Shown: in pieces, positions 8,542 to 21,858 of the stretch
How positions within the stretch are numbered: position 1 is the stretch's first letter
Layout of the letters: every line of letters begins with the position of its first letter
Assembly: GCA_002269645.1 (NCBI GenBank)
Contig: NIVC01000140.1
Coordinates: 62,001 to 126,000, forward strand
Reading direction: 5' to 3'
DNA length: 64,000 nt
DNA from: Macrostomum lignano
Lineage: Eukaryota
Program-made: the position numbers and the translations under genes
The notes under the pieces: model-generated
The model's input: the letters and a program-made list of their open reading frames with translations, nothing else
The model's database searches: none
Told to the model about the DNA's origin: nothing

Positions 8542-10121
8542 GATTGTGCAAAAAAAAAACTCAAGCGGAGAGCTGCGCGCAAATTGAGTCAGAAAACGCG
8601 GTGAGAGGCTCACCTAAAAGGCTAGCAGGCGGAGGGGGGGTGGGGGCCAGCCCCCACCCCACACAGATGCACAGAGACAGCAAAGGGGGCGGGCTGATCA
8701 CTAAAGCCGGTTTGCACAGGCGCAAGCACCCATGCAAACCAAAGCATTTGCCTATCTCCGTGGTGTACTTTTTCGGAAAAATCTGCCTCCCAAAAAGAGG
8801 TTTCCCGTCCTTCTACGACGTACTGGAGTAGTCCTTGTATCTTGCAATTTATTTTTTTCTCGAAAAGGGAAGCTGTTGTGCATGTATGGTCTACAAGTAT
8901 TTTAGCAAATAAGAGTATATTATACATGTACATGTACACAAATGCATGTACATGTAGTTCATTGGCGGCGGAACAAACAAGATTGCTTTTCAAATAAATA
9001 ACTTTGCCGCCGCTTGAAATCTTATTTTCTCTTGCTAAATTCTCGACGCAATTGGTTCAGTGTACCCCATACACGTATAAATCCCGATGTAAAGATGGTT
9101 TTCATGGAAAACATGGGGACACCCTGCTGGTACATGGTGAGGCTTTGCCGAAATTCAGATGAGATCGGCTGGCTTTTTAGGTTGCTGACCGGGAGTCAGG
9201 CCGAAAATCTCTGATTGAACTGACTCGATGCGTAATCACGGAGAGCGTCATCACTCGATCGAAAATTCGCGTGGTAAAAAGCAGTAAGTATGTCGGCAAT
9301 AATCGCTTCGGTAACGTCAAGAAATGAAATATTTTAATAATCTGATAAGCAATTGCGACAAAAACCGATAGCGCAGTATTTATTGAGTTAATGAACATTC
9401 AACTCTATTACAAATTCGAACTCAACAACGTCAGGTGGGCAGTGGCATCCGAGCAGTGGTGCGTAAGCGTTAGATTGGCGTGGCCGAATTTGTACATTCA
9501 TGGGAGAGAAAGCGTTGCAAGAAAACTATTTATAGAACTCTAAATAAGTGAAACCTTCACTGAGTGCAGCAGAAATCAAGGCGATATGACACAAATGCGT
9601 GAAATGACAAGCAGGACTCAATAAGAGTACAGGGCACTGGTTGGTGATGAGCAATGCCCAAACTTAAACATGCTGAATTACCGCTGATAGCCTGAAAGTG
9701 CTGACAGTGCTTGAAAGCGGCATAGTTGGAGCCCCAGAGGGACTGGCAGGTGCGCAGAGGTGAGAATTTGCTTGGGATCGCATGATATGTGCTGCTAAGC
9801 AAGCTGCTGAGCAGCTCAGGAGAATAGCTTTAGCTTTATGAGGGAATCAATACAAATAGCGAATAACGGGCACAAAGAAGCGCAGATTAAATTGAGAAGT
9901 ATTGCTTTGGCCGCTGTCAAAATTTGTTCGTGGCAGAAGCATAACGAATCTCAAATGTACAGAAACTGAAACCAGTACATAACAATTGCTAAGCACGAAG
10001 AATTTGCAGAGCACAGGTCATTAACGGTTAGTTGTAGACGAGAGTACAAAAGGATAACGGTACTGAGCAAATAGAAAATAGCATATATTGAATACTAATA
10101 TTACGCCTAGCTTCGCCAAGC

Positions 10122-10657
10122 CTAGTAGTACACCTGGTCATCAAAGTGGTCCCAGGCTGAAAACTCGGAGAACTCGGCCACTCCTCCGTAGTCCGGTTTG
10201 AAGTCGCGGGTGTAGCCGCTGCCAGCTGGCGCAGCGGGGACCACGCCGATGCGGTAGTTCTCCCCGCCGTTGTTGTCCCAGAATGTGCCACAGTCGCACT
10301 CGAAGCAGACGCAAAACTGAATGTCTGCCTGCTGGTCCGGAGGGCATGGTAGGCTGAAGGAGAAATTGTCCTGCTGGCCGTCAGACCCATTGTAGGTGGC
10401 CTCCACGTCCTTGAAACTGTTCCAGCTGTCAAAGCTGACGTGGACAAAGACTCGCTTGCGGAAGCTGACGTTCTTCACAGCTATGGAACCCCTAATGGTG
10501 TTTGGCTCCAGGTGTACAAAGCTCAGGCTCACAAGGTTGCGTTCCAGGGACTCGCGAAACACAACGTACTTTGCACTGGGTTGGCTGAATTTGCACCTCA
10601 GCCGCGGCTCGTTCGAGTCCCACTGAGCCGTCTGATGCAGTCGCTGGCTGAATTCAT
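10122..10657 (-). CDS. PPP1R3: PP1 regulatory subunit 3 family (glycogen targeting), last exon with CBM21 domain
   Basis: ctgcag|AT at 10657; encodes FSQPSAKYVVFRESL...GSIAVKNVSFRKRVFVHVSFDSW...QFCVCFEC...FWDNNGGENYRI; TAG at 10124-10122. Confidence 0.92.
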
Positions 10658-10939
10658 CTGCAGTTAGTTATGTGGTCATAATTTTAGTCTGAATTTGATA
10701 TGCGTAGTAGCCTACTATCAGTAGGCGCTTGGTATGATATGGAGGTCAGAAATAGGGCATCGGGAACTTCAATTAGGACCAGCCAGATCGTGGGACCTCG
10801 GACTCGTACTTGGATATTTGTATAGAAGACTGTAATTTTTCAAATCTCAGAGACGACTGAAAGCCACTTCACAAGACTAGGGATTGCAGGCCGATAACAG
10901 CATCAACCGAACAGGGTATAGCTATCAGTTAAAACTCAC

Positions 10940-11513
10940 GGTTTTCTGCCAGCACCAACAATGGCAGTCTGTTATCTGGTTCGCTGACGCTGAGCAGCTT
11001 CACCCGCGTCAGGGCCTGTCCGACCTCATCGGCAAACTGCACCCGCTTGCGCAGCCGCTCGATGGCCGTGTCGCTGCCGGAGGTACAGTTCTGCGGGGTC
11101 GGTGAACCCGACGACTCTGCTGGACTGTCGCCATCTGCTTCGCTGCCGCGTCCGCTGTCGCCAGATGAATCGGCAGTGTCTTCGACTTCGGCGGCAAACG
11201 AGGCCGGCTGAGGCGGGCAAGACGAGGGAGTAGGCGGAGACGGGTGACGTCGGTGAGTCCGAGAGGCGACTCGCTGTCGCGGGCGCTCCGGCTGCGACTG
11301 CAGGTCGGCAGTCAGAGCTTCTGTGTAGGTGTACTTGCCACTGCTACAAGGCGCTATCCGAGATGATATAAAGTACCTGGACCACTCTGTTGTGCACTGG
11401 CTCAGCAGATCCGCTGAATCGGATGTGGTGGCTGTTGACGCTGAAGCTTCAACTTGTTGATACATTGAGGTCAGCCGAGATATCGGTAATGGTGACAGGA
11501 GGCCTGCTTGCAT
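10940..11513 (-). CDS. PPP1R3: PP1 regulatory subunit 3 family, first coding exon with RVxF motif
   Basis: RKRVQFAD (PP1-docking RVxF). Donor AAC C|gtgagt at 10939; phase 1 joins AT of the next exon to give CAT. Start uncertain (ATG 11513 or a slightly later ATG). Confidence 0.82.
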
Positions 11514-12304
11514 CACGATCTGTATATATTGCTAACTTGCTGTCCGTCTATCTGAGTCCTTTTGTCGCCAGTCTAAACTTGCTTAGGTCGGGGCCGGGGC
11601 TTCTAGCTATCTATATAATATAATTTGGCCATGGGCACTACAGTTAGGGGGTGAGGCGCGTGTCTGTTGGGGTAAAGCGGGGTTTCCCCCTCACCCCTTA
11701 CCCCACGTACACGCGCTGGTCCAGTGCACTGCAGGGGCTTGCGGGAGACAACACAAGCCTTGGAGGTTGTCATGGCGCTAAGCAGAGGAAACCCCGTGCT
11801 GTTGCTATTTTAGACACGCACCAATAGCTGGAAGGCTTGTGAAGGCCGATGAAGAAAACAAGTACGGGAGCACCACTGTGCACAATGCGTCACGTAGTCG
11901 CCTCATGCAGTTGCCTCAAGCACTAATCACGCGATCAGCTTATGGGAGCGTGGGATTGCAGGCTCAGCGCGCACCACACACGCTTGGTTCGCATGCCCCA
12001 CACCCCACCCAATATGCTGACTCTCCTCCAAAGTCAGAAAGTAAATTGCGTGTCTATCTTATCAACAAGCTGGCGTCAAATCGACTGAGAAGCTGAGAAT
12101 TAGGCTAAACAGTGTCAATACATTCCTATTGAGATTGAGGCTCGTTTATCTGTGTTTATTGCCGCAATCAGCACTTGTAAGCATAACATGCACTTCTATG
12201 CTTAGTTCATAAGGAAAGCAAGACTAGGCTTAGTCACTGCAATATCATATCAGTGCCCGGAGCCGGAGCAGTTTAGAATAAAGGTAGACTAGCACTGCCA
12301 TGTC

Positions 12305-12530
12305 CTATCCTGCAAATAAGTACTTTCTGGAATTGATTCCTATGTTTACGAGTGTATTGGACTGGCTATCGCTAATACACGTTTGCAGATTATTGTTTTT
12401 CTTGCTTAATACTTTGATTGAAGTAAGCAGAAGTAAGTGTAATCTCTGTTCACAACTGGCGATGGTTACGAAATTCAGTTGAAATTCAGATTCACTGGAA
12501 AAGATAGCTGCTACTGCATGTTTAAACATT
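12305..12530 (-). pseudogene. hAT transposase C-terminal dimerisation domain relic
   Basis: NFVTIASCEQR...IK...LQTCISDSQSNTLVNIGIN resembles the hAT consensus PVTxASCERSFS..IK..LRSTM...RLNxL..I.IE; degenerate, and the rest of the transposase is absent. Confidence 0.5.
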
Positions 12531-13039
12531 TAAGCATGTTTATAAGACATTTCTTATAATAAGTAAAATAACTTCAACTTTGGCGCAGTAAACATTCCTT
12601 TAGGCAGAAATTCCTTTTGTATTTGCCACGGGATATTTTACCTACGGTACCGTATAATTTCTATTGTATATACTGCTTTTGAAAGTACAATCAGGTCGTT
12701 TGTAAATTCTTTTGTAACGACTCTCATTCTTCTACTAATAGTAAAGCAGATTGCACAAGAAACTAAATCATAATTTAGTCCTAATGAAAATGTTAAGACA
12801 TTTTAGTCACTGGGTAAGGGCTTTGAGTGAAGAATCATTGCATTCTGAAGCCAGGCTGCTTTGCTTCGGTTGCTGTTTTTTCATAGAAGACGAATGTCTG
12901 AGCTGCCGTGCAGTATAGCCACGATTTGTTGCATCGGTGTGCTGTTGAATGTGAGTTGGTTTCGTTTAGTCCGCCAGCCACTATTAAAACAATATAACCT
13001 CATACCTCACAGAGCCAATGCTTCCTTCTTACCAACACT

Positions 13040-13938
13040 GTGAATCCAATGGTGGCTTTTGAGCTCAGTGTGACAGTGAGTCCAATGGCTTTTGAGCTCA
13101 GTGTGACAGTGAGTCCAATGGCTTTTGAGCTCAGCGTGACAGTGAGTCCAATGGCTTTTGAGCTCAGTGTGACAGTGAGTCCAATGGCTTTTGAGCTCAG
13201 TGTGACAGTGAGTCCAATGGCTTTTGAGCTCAGTGTGACAGTGAGTCCAATGGCTTTTGAGCTCAGTGTGACAGTGAGTCCAATGGCTTTTGAGCTCAGT
13301 GTGACAGTGAGTCCAATGGCTTTTGAGCTCAGTGTGACAGTGAGTCCAATGGCTTTTGAGCTCAGTGTGACAGTGAGTCCAATGGCTTTTGAGCTCAGTG
13401 TGACAGTGAGTCCAATGGCTTTTGAGCTCAGTGTGACAGTGAGTCCAATGGCTTTTGAGCTCAGTGTGACAGTGAGTCCAATGGCTTTTGAGCTCAGTGT
13501 GACAGTGAGTCCAATGGCTTTTGAGCTCAGTGTGACAGTGAGTCCTAGGCTTTTGAGCTCGGTGTGACAGTGAGTCCAATGGCTTTTGAGCTCAGTGTGA
13601 CAGTGAGTCCAATGGCTTTTGAGCTCAGTGTGACAGTGAGTCCAATGGCTTTTGAGCTCAGTGTGACAGTGAGTCCAATGGCTTTTGAGCTCAGTGTGAC
13701 AGTGAGTCCAATGGCTTTTGAGCTCAGTATGACAGTGAGTCCAATGGCTTTTGAGCTCAGTGTGACAGTGAGTCCAATGGCTTTTGAGCTCAGTGTGACA
13801 GTGAGTCCAATGGCTTTTGAGCTCAGTGTGACAGTGAGTCCAATGGCTTTTGAGCTCATTGTGACAGTGAGTCCAATGGCTTTTGAGCTCAGTGTGACAG
13901 TGAGTCCAATGGCTTTTGAGCTCAGTGTGACAGTGAGT
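13040..13938. repeat. 33-bp minisatellite, about 27 near-identical copies
   Basis: Unit GTGACAGTGAGTCCAATGGCTTTTGAGCTCAGT. Confidence 0.97.
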
Positions 13939-15770
13939 TTAATGGACTGGCCAGCTCGGCGGACCAGCTCAGTCTGAGTACATTGGTCCAACAAGCCGGG
14001 TCAGATAATATAGCTCGTAGTTTTATATTTACAAAGCGAAATTTTTACTGGGCCAACAGCCATCTAAAAGATTCGTTTGTTACTTGAGAAAACTGAACTT
14101 GATTCCAGTTTTTCTACTAACAGTAGTTCGTTGGGCCCGTATAAATCTCATTCACCCTTACTGAACTCCCATAAAGAACTTGTTTATTCACATGTACCAC
14201 TCGCTTTCAACTAACCTTGGTTTTGTTCTCACAAGCTCATGCAATTTTTAGGATATGCCAGTGCTCGAAATCCGACTTATCCCGAATCAAACACTCAAGG
14301 GCTACTAGAAAAGTTGTTCTTGACGGCAGGAGAAGTCGAAAGCTAATCATTTTCTTTATAGATTGTTAAAAAATCTAGCATACGAGCGAGATGTGAACTT
14401 TTTCCACAGTCTGTGGGTGTCTGCAGCTGGTCCAGTCTTTTATTACTGGGATATTTCTATGGTGCCGATAGCCAAAACCCGTCACCGTCCTGCCCCAAAA
14501 AGCACTGGGATATGCGCATTGATTCTGCTAGCTGCCAAATTTGAAATTAACATTTCTTACCGCAGCGCAACTCAATTCACGACAAGTCATTGGAATCCAG
14601 GCTGCTGAACCATGAGTTCTGCCGTCTACTCTGCTGCCACAGCCAGCCTCCTTTTTGTGCATTTCGTAACTTTTGTGTGACAAGCCGCTTTTTTTAATCC
14701 TCAGCTCCGCCTTGTGTGATTTACTGTTCAGGGACAAGGGAGGTATCATTTTATTAGTGGGATTTAAGCTTCTGAAGGATTGCGTAAGTGTGTCTGACAG
14801 CCAGAACCCCAGCGCCCTTGCGCTCTGCAATTAGCTGCGGCTAAATTATGCCGCAAGGCTGCCGGTTGCTCCGCTGGGCCGCGGGAGTCATCGGCTGAGA
14901 CGACCGAATGAGGACCGGGAGGCTGCTGGTCGAGTAACTCGCGATGACGTAATCGGATTTGCAGTCTGCGATGCATATTAGTTCGGTATTAATTTCAATT
15001 CGATCCCAAGCCTTCCTGGCTGTCTCCTTGCTATGTCGTCCCCCAGCCCCTTCAACCGGTCGCATTTCCTGAGAACCTTTTTATTAAAAAATCTCAACTC
15101 AGGGATCGTCGGACAAGCGGCGGCAGAGCGCGGCTTGGAGGAGAGCAGCTTGAGCTCGCGCTAGCCCAGGCTATTTCCATGCGCATAATCAGGGAGAGCA
15201 GAACTTGCTGGGCTTCTCCCAGGATCCAGCACCGCAGCCTCCCCTCCCCATCCCGACTCCCCTGTCCGAAAAGATGGAGGAGCCTCATTTCCCGGCCAGC
15301 TGGGAGACTGCAGTGAGCACTCGGGCACATTCACGGAGACCTATCGAGCCGCCGCGTCCCCTGCAACTGCCAGCGCGACACTAATTGCCGCTACTTTGTC
15401 ATGATCTCATTCTCCCCGGCAGGCCTCATCCGTTACGCTCCAGCTTCCGCGGCCCAGTCTCCCAGACCGCCATCCCGCCAGCCGTTCCTGACCGCTTCTT
15501 CTGCTGGGCAGTCAAGGATCGCTCACGCAAAGGCCTCTCACTCGCGGCCTCAGCTACGTTAATTGCTGGTGGCTTCTGCCTTTTATGTTTTAAGAGACAA
15601 AAAAGCCGCGATTGCGAGCTCAGCTTGGCCTGTCCGACTGCTGAGAGCAAAGCAATTCAATAATGCGAGCGTATTTCAGCAGGATCGCTCTCTGCTGCTC
15701 ATGCTGCTCTCAGCTCCCATTTTTCTTGCCTTTGAATATCTCCGCATTGGGTAGCTTTATCAGTATTTAC

Positions 15771-16353
<583 letters not shown>

Positions 16354-19300
16354 AAAAATTTATAGAATCCACTATATAAAAATGGTTTGTCGGTAGGTAT
16401 TTGCTCCTATAACTGTTTCGTTCTCAACTCTACATTTTATTCGCTTTCTTTACTCTTCTTTCTTCGCTGTCTGTTCCTCAGCTACACAGATGGAGAAAGT
16501 GAACGAGCCCGAGCCCAACCCGCTCCCTGCCTATGCATGTAGCGATACTGGCAATTCTCACGGGATGACGCAAAAGATTTAAGGAAGAGCCGAGATGCGG
16601 GACTCGGCAAAGTGTCGGCCTTTCGCCCCGACAGCCTCATCTCTTTCCAACACCCAGGAATTCAGCCAACTGGCATTTTGGATTACGTAATCAAAATAAT
16701 TACATCCCCAGTCGGTGCTGCATCACCACTCTCATCCAGCCTCCTTCCCGATTCCACCGGTTGTCTCGGCTCTGAAAGTTACCGGTGTTACCCTGACACG
16801 CCTCATATCTGCAAATACGAAAATGACGTGGCTCCGCTCTGCCTCCGCCACATACAGCTGCGCTGGGGCCATGCAGTTATTTTGTGTCAGCTCCCTGCGC
16901 TCCAATTCCGCTGCTGGAAACTGGAGACTTGCATTTGGCGATCAACTAGTCTCCCAGATTCTCATGAAGCTGTCGGTGAAAAAACCCCAGATTTCCCGTG
17001 CAAATGAAACCCATATTGCTGCGAGCTCTGAGAATCCGAGTAACCAATCCCGCACAACTGATTGCCATTCGTCATCTCGACCTCTTTTTGCCCGCCTCAA
17101 CGTGTTACCTCGGGACAAAAACAGCCTGCCCTGCTCAGTAGCTGAGCACTGAGCAGCTTTCCCTGTCTCTCCCCAGCTCCCGCAGGCTGCACTTCAGCCA
17201 GTCAAGCCGTCCCGAAGTGGCTATCGGTCACTCAGCCTGCACTGCTGCTGCAACCTGTAGCAGAGGGCTGAACTGCATCTGCTGTTCTCATTACCTGCTT
17301 GCTTGCTTGCAGTCAGTACCCGGATTAAGGACGCAGTACAGTTCTGCTTTCGGGTGTTAAGCACCCTATGCAACTCTCTTTTCTTTGCTCATCTGAGTCC
17401 CCCCAGATAAACCCAACCTGGTCAGAGCTTGAATAAAGCCCTAGTTTGATTACAACGATAGCGCTTAGTTTACTAAGAGGGTAAATTGAATGCATTTATC
17501 AATGACATAATTGGCTGCCGCACCCAGTGCATTAATAGTTCTCCCCTAGGTATAACTGTGCTGAGCGAATAATGGATTCCGTTATCTGGTGAGAAAGTCC
17601 AGAAAACACCGAACCGAATTGGGATGTGGTCAGCTTTTCAGCTGGGGATGACTTGTGTGAATTCAACTTCCGGGTACTTGAGCACAGGTCCGTGGTGACC
17701 ATGGTGATCAGCAGCAAGTCAATTTTAAATCCATGTTGAGCAGCTGCCAACGTCAATTCGGCCTCTCAGTCGGCTTTTAAAGTTCTGGCTCACGCGTGTT
17801 TCTGTTGCTTGCAAGTACGCTCGTACATTGCAAGTTTTTGCACTGCAAGCTACGCGCAAATTAGGAACAGACGGCGCAATGTTACAACACGCAACACTGC
17901 CCCTAGAGTGCAGGGGAAAGCCCTCCCTCTCTCTTTTATAATCGCCCTTGCTCATTTCTATTAGCATGCGAATAACCCTGTCGTCGATGGAGTTTTAAAC
18001 CAAAACGCTGGGACAACAGACGGCAGCATTCGAGTTAAAGACCATCATCTGCTAAAAATCACTCTGAATCCCTATTTGTGGTGTCTGTGTCTTTAAATAC
18101 CCATAGCAGTCAGGTGACAGCGCAGAATGCTTGGACTGTTCTGTTGCCCTTCTGTGGGATCTACAGAGGATTTTGGTTCCACTTCAGCTGTCCATGAAGA
18201 AGATCCCTGCTCCAGGGCAGCAGTCTGGCCTGCGGGCCAAGCGGAAATGTAGTGAAGCTGCAAGAGCCGCTAGGGAGAGGCGGCCCGCATGTGGGACAGC
18301 CTGTATCGGACTGCGGCCGCAGACGGAATAAGCAAAAAGAGCGAATGCAAACAGTCACGAAGGGATCGAACATTGGAGGGATAGTTTGCGATGAGAGCCC
18401 CAATTCTCGGACTGGCGGGCCACTGCACCCACGGCTGGTGCTCTATTGGCACTGGCTGTGGCCCTGCCGTCTGGCCCCCTTCTGCTGGAGCTCATCGCTG
18501 ACGTTCGGGTCCGCCCTGCCGTCTGGCCCCCTTCTGCTGGCTTCTTTGGCGGCAGCCTCATGACACTTCTGCTTAACTTTGCAGAGATCTGAATCGAGTT
18601 TGAGCTCTTCGATAAGATCTCACGCCCGTGAGCTGTTGACACAAGCACCTGAGATGTTAAGAGTTTGGCCTATACTTAAGCCCGTCCTTCTCGGCGTGGA
18701 CAGCCATTGCAGTGGAAGTGAAATTGCTCAAATACGTCCCACATTGCAGCTGTGCGATGCTGGCTAAGGCAGACAGGCAGGAAAAGGCGAAGGAACGGAC
18801 CCTCAGCTGGATCGGGCATTAAAAATGCATCCTATGAAAACTGTCCCCAACATTCTTGTCAGCGCGTGGGCCAGCAGCCAATTTCCTGGGCCAAATCTTG
18901 ATCCCAAAGCTCCAAACCCCCTCCCCTCGTCACTGGAGCTGAGCCCACATTCGGGAGTGGAGGGACAAGAGGCTCTCAATGGCGGAGTTTTAAGCCCTGT
19001 TTTCAACTGGGCGGTTGAGTTTTGCCTCGAGCTGGTGGAGGCAGGGCGAGGGTGCGGGGCTGAGATTTTCAACATGAACTGCAAACACTCGGTAGCCCCG
19101 TCACGCCGCTGGCCTGACAGCTTCTCACGGCCTCAGAACTCGAGCGATCTGAGCTCGGATGAGCGCCACGAAAGAATGTGCTTGGGCGCCCTCGGCTCGG
19201 GAGGTCAGGGGGCAAGACTCGCGGGAATGCGATCCTACATGCTAAAAACGAGCGATCAGGGACTACTAAAACGCACTGAAACACACTGTTTTAGTAGTCC

Positions 19301-21484
19301 TTGCGAGCGATTTGGGATCTGTCTAAACTCTATTCCGATGACGGATTGTGTTGTGAGTGTAGAGAAGCAGAGGATAGCAAAAACTCTTTACCTATTTCAA
19401 AGAAAAATGGGTGCAAGTAGCTCGCACATTTCACTGCCGAACTTTTCTTGACAATGTCATGATGCACAATGCACAGTTCAATCTTCAGTACCTCACCTGT
19501 GAAAGTAGATTCGTCGGGTAGCTAGCATTGTCCGAAAATACGCTCTAATGTAGCCCGAATCGATAGTTTAGGAATGGATTAAGTTTTTTAGAACTGCTTC
19601 TGGGCTCGTTGCCAAAACTTGACGTTGGCACCGAGGAGTGCTTTGCACTGTACTGCTAATTGCACTTCAGCCTCACAGCCTATGAAGGGATGCTTTAGGA
19701 GCAGGACAGGAGCTGGCATTGATGGGTTGGAGACAGCCAGCTGTGCATAGTCTGTACACATCACGGTATGGGGTGGGGCACTCCGATCGATCCTGTGCAC
19801 TTTTATGCGCCATCGCTTTTGTCTATGGCCCAGTTGGCCGAGTCACTCGAGACCCGGACTGCACGCGCGCGTAGCAATAATTGGCAGCCATGTTCCCCAG
19901 TTCCGCGGAATGCAAACCCCCTGTCAGGCCGGACCTGACTGAACGGAATGACAAGCGAGGGTGGCGGGGCCTCTGGCCTGGGGCAGCAGGGGACGCAAAG
20001 TTTACAGTCTCCGGGGGCGAAATGAATGGCGGCCCGGGCTCGCAAGCTTTTCTTGCACTCGTGTCTGGGACTGATTCAAACCCCAGCGCGTAACCAGTGG
20101 CGCCCCCCCCCACACTGCTTTTGTGGAGGCTCTCAGTTGCGGAACAAAAACTTGGCCCTGTTGAATTCCCGACCGGCAAGCAGCTTACCTCATCCCCGCG
20201 GCCGCCACTTCCCAGTGATGCCCAGCAACGATAAAAAACGAGGCAACAGCAGCAGCTTGTCTCAGAATCGGGCCATCTGGGAGGAATCAGCGAGCTGCAT
20301 CATCTGTGTGACACAGCCTCCTCGCTCCTCCCTACGGGATGCGGGACTCCTGCACTTTCTGTCCCCCGCCTTCACAAACTTTCTACGGATTTCAATCCAA
20401 GCCGGGGTTGCATCGACAAGGTGAGCGCGCGGGCCGAGAGATAAGCGGCCGCTGCCGTGCCAGCGCCTCTCCCGAAATCCTACAATTGATCGCTGATGGC
20501 TGCTGATTAAAATGCGGGAAGTCCACTGGGATCCCGCGACTAGATTGGATGCCGGATGAAAGCAACTTTTTATTTCACTGCTTCATCTCTCTACAATAAA
20601 GGTTGCGGCCCCGAACCCAGTTTTTGTCCCCCGCTGCAAGTTGCTTTAACTCTGCTTTGTCCGTATTTTACAGAGTCTGCAGCGCCTCCTACCTGCCCTC
20701 CATTTGCAAAGCTAAACACGGGCGCGGTTCCAAGCGGGCGAATCATTTTTTTACTGCAGAAACTGGCGATTTTGTCTTTTTCCGACCAGGCTCGGACCCT
20801 CGCAGTCTCTTTTGCATCAACAAAAGCCGCCGCGGGTTGCTTCGGCCGACAATGGACAGAAAACCAGCGAGTTTCCGACTTCTGCCCCGAGGCGTTGGGC
20901 GGAGCGCAGGCGCAGGGGCGGTCGCGCACAAAAATGCTGCAAACGAAAATGAATTCGAGGAATTTCAGATGAAAGACCCTCCGACTTCAGATCCGGGGGA
21001 TGGCAAAGATAATTTCAAGTGGACTGGAAGTGATGGCAGCAAACTCCCTGCACTGTTGTTGGGGGGTGTTTTTGATGAATGGAGAGAAGCAGCAGAAGCA
21101 TTTCGGGGACAGCAGCAGGCAGGAATGTGATTCCTGCCGTGACTAATTGCGGCAATTGCGGCTGCTGCTGAGCGACTGTGGCTGCTATGAAGATCGTCAG
21201 TTGAATTTCTGGCGAGTAGAATTTCACGATGATGAATGCGGCGTTTCGGACAGGTGAGGCTGGGCGGCGGATGCTGCCAGATTGAATCAATTTTTTGCTG
21301 CAATGCTCCAAAAATAACCATTTAGGGCACACAAAGAAACCATAACTCAGCGGGAAGGTATTCTTGCAAATTTCATATCGCAACGAGGACACTTTGACAA
21401 TCACAAGTTTTTTTTGCTCCTCAGGGAAGTCACTGATGCTGTTCATAATATTCTGCAGCGACTTCCCAGACGCTCGGAGACGGC

Positions 21485-21858
21485 TCTCATGGACTCGTAG
21501 ATACGATTGAGCATTGCACAATGCAGTCACTGGGGCAGGGGTGGCTCTCATGGACTCTAGATACGATTGAGCATTGCACAGTGCAGTCACTGGGGCAGGG
21601 GTGGCTCTCATGGACTCTAGATACGATTGAGCATTGCACAGTGCAGTCACTGGGGCAGGGGTGGCTCTCATGGACTCTAGATACGATTGAGCATTGCACA
21701 GTGCAGTCACTGGGGCAGGGTGGCTCTCATGGACTCTAGATACGATTGAGCATTGCACAGTGCAGTCACTGGGACAGGGTGGCTCTCATGGACTCTAGAT
21801 ACGATTGAGCATTGCACAGTGCAGTCACTGGGGCAGGGGTGGCTCTCATGGACTCTAG
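21485..21858. repeat. 60-bp minisatellite, about 6 copies
   Basis: Unit CTCTCATGGACTCTAGATACGATTGAGCATTGCACAGTGCAGTCACTGGGGCAGGGGTGG; some copies are 59 bp. Confidence 0.96.

Larger units (their letters stand above)
4560..8830 (-). mobile_element. Tyrosine-recombinase retrotransposon (DIRS order, Ngaro-like), near-intact; boundaries approximate
   Basis: Order gag - RT/RNase H - tyrosine recombinase; no protease, no DDE integrase and no methyltransferase ORF. The YR frame overlaps the end of the RT ORF. Long terminal repeats are not evident. Confidence 0.9.

Noticed and set aside
8542-8613. ORF-track GTG start extending gag by 24 codons
   Set aside because: The extension is a T-rich leader; ATG 8541 has a good context.
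9150-9215. Minus-strand IFGLTPGQQPKKPADLI, faintly like the VWA8 N-terminal PKNPELV
   Set aside because: Runs into TGA with no donor site; the similarity is too short.
13040-13938. CRISPR-like appearance of this and the other arrays
   Set aside because: Units are head-to-tail with no unique spacers, there are no cas genes, and the context is eukaryotic.
13007-13994. Long ORFs with repeating peptides (MAFELSVTVSP, HWTHCHTELKS)
   Set aside because: A stop-free 33-bp unit gives ORFs on both strands; there is no coding context.
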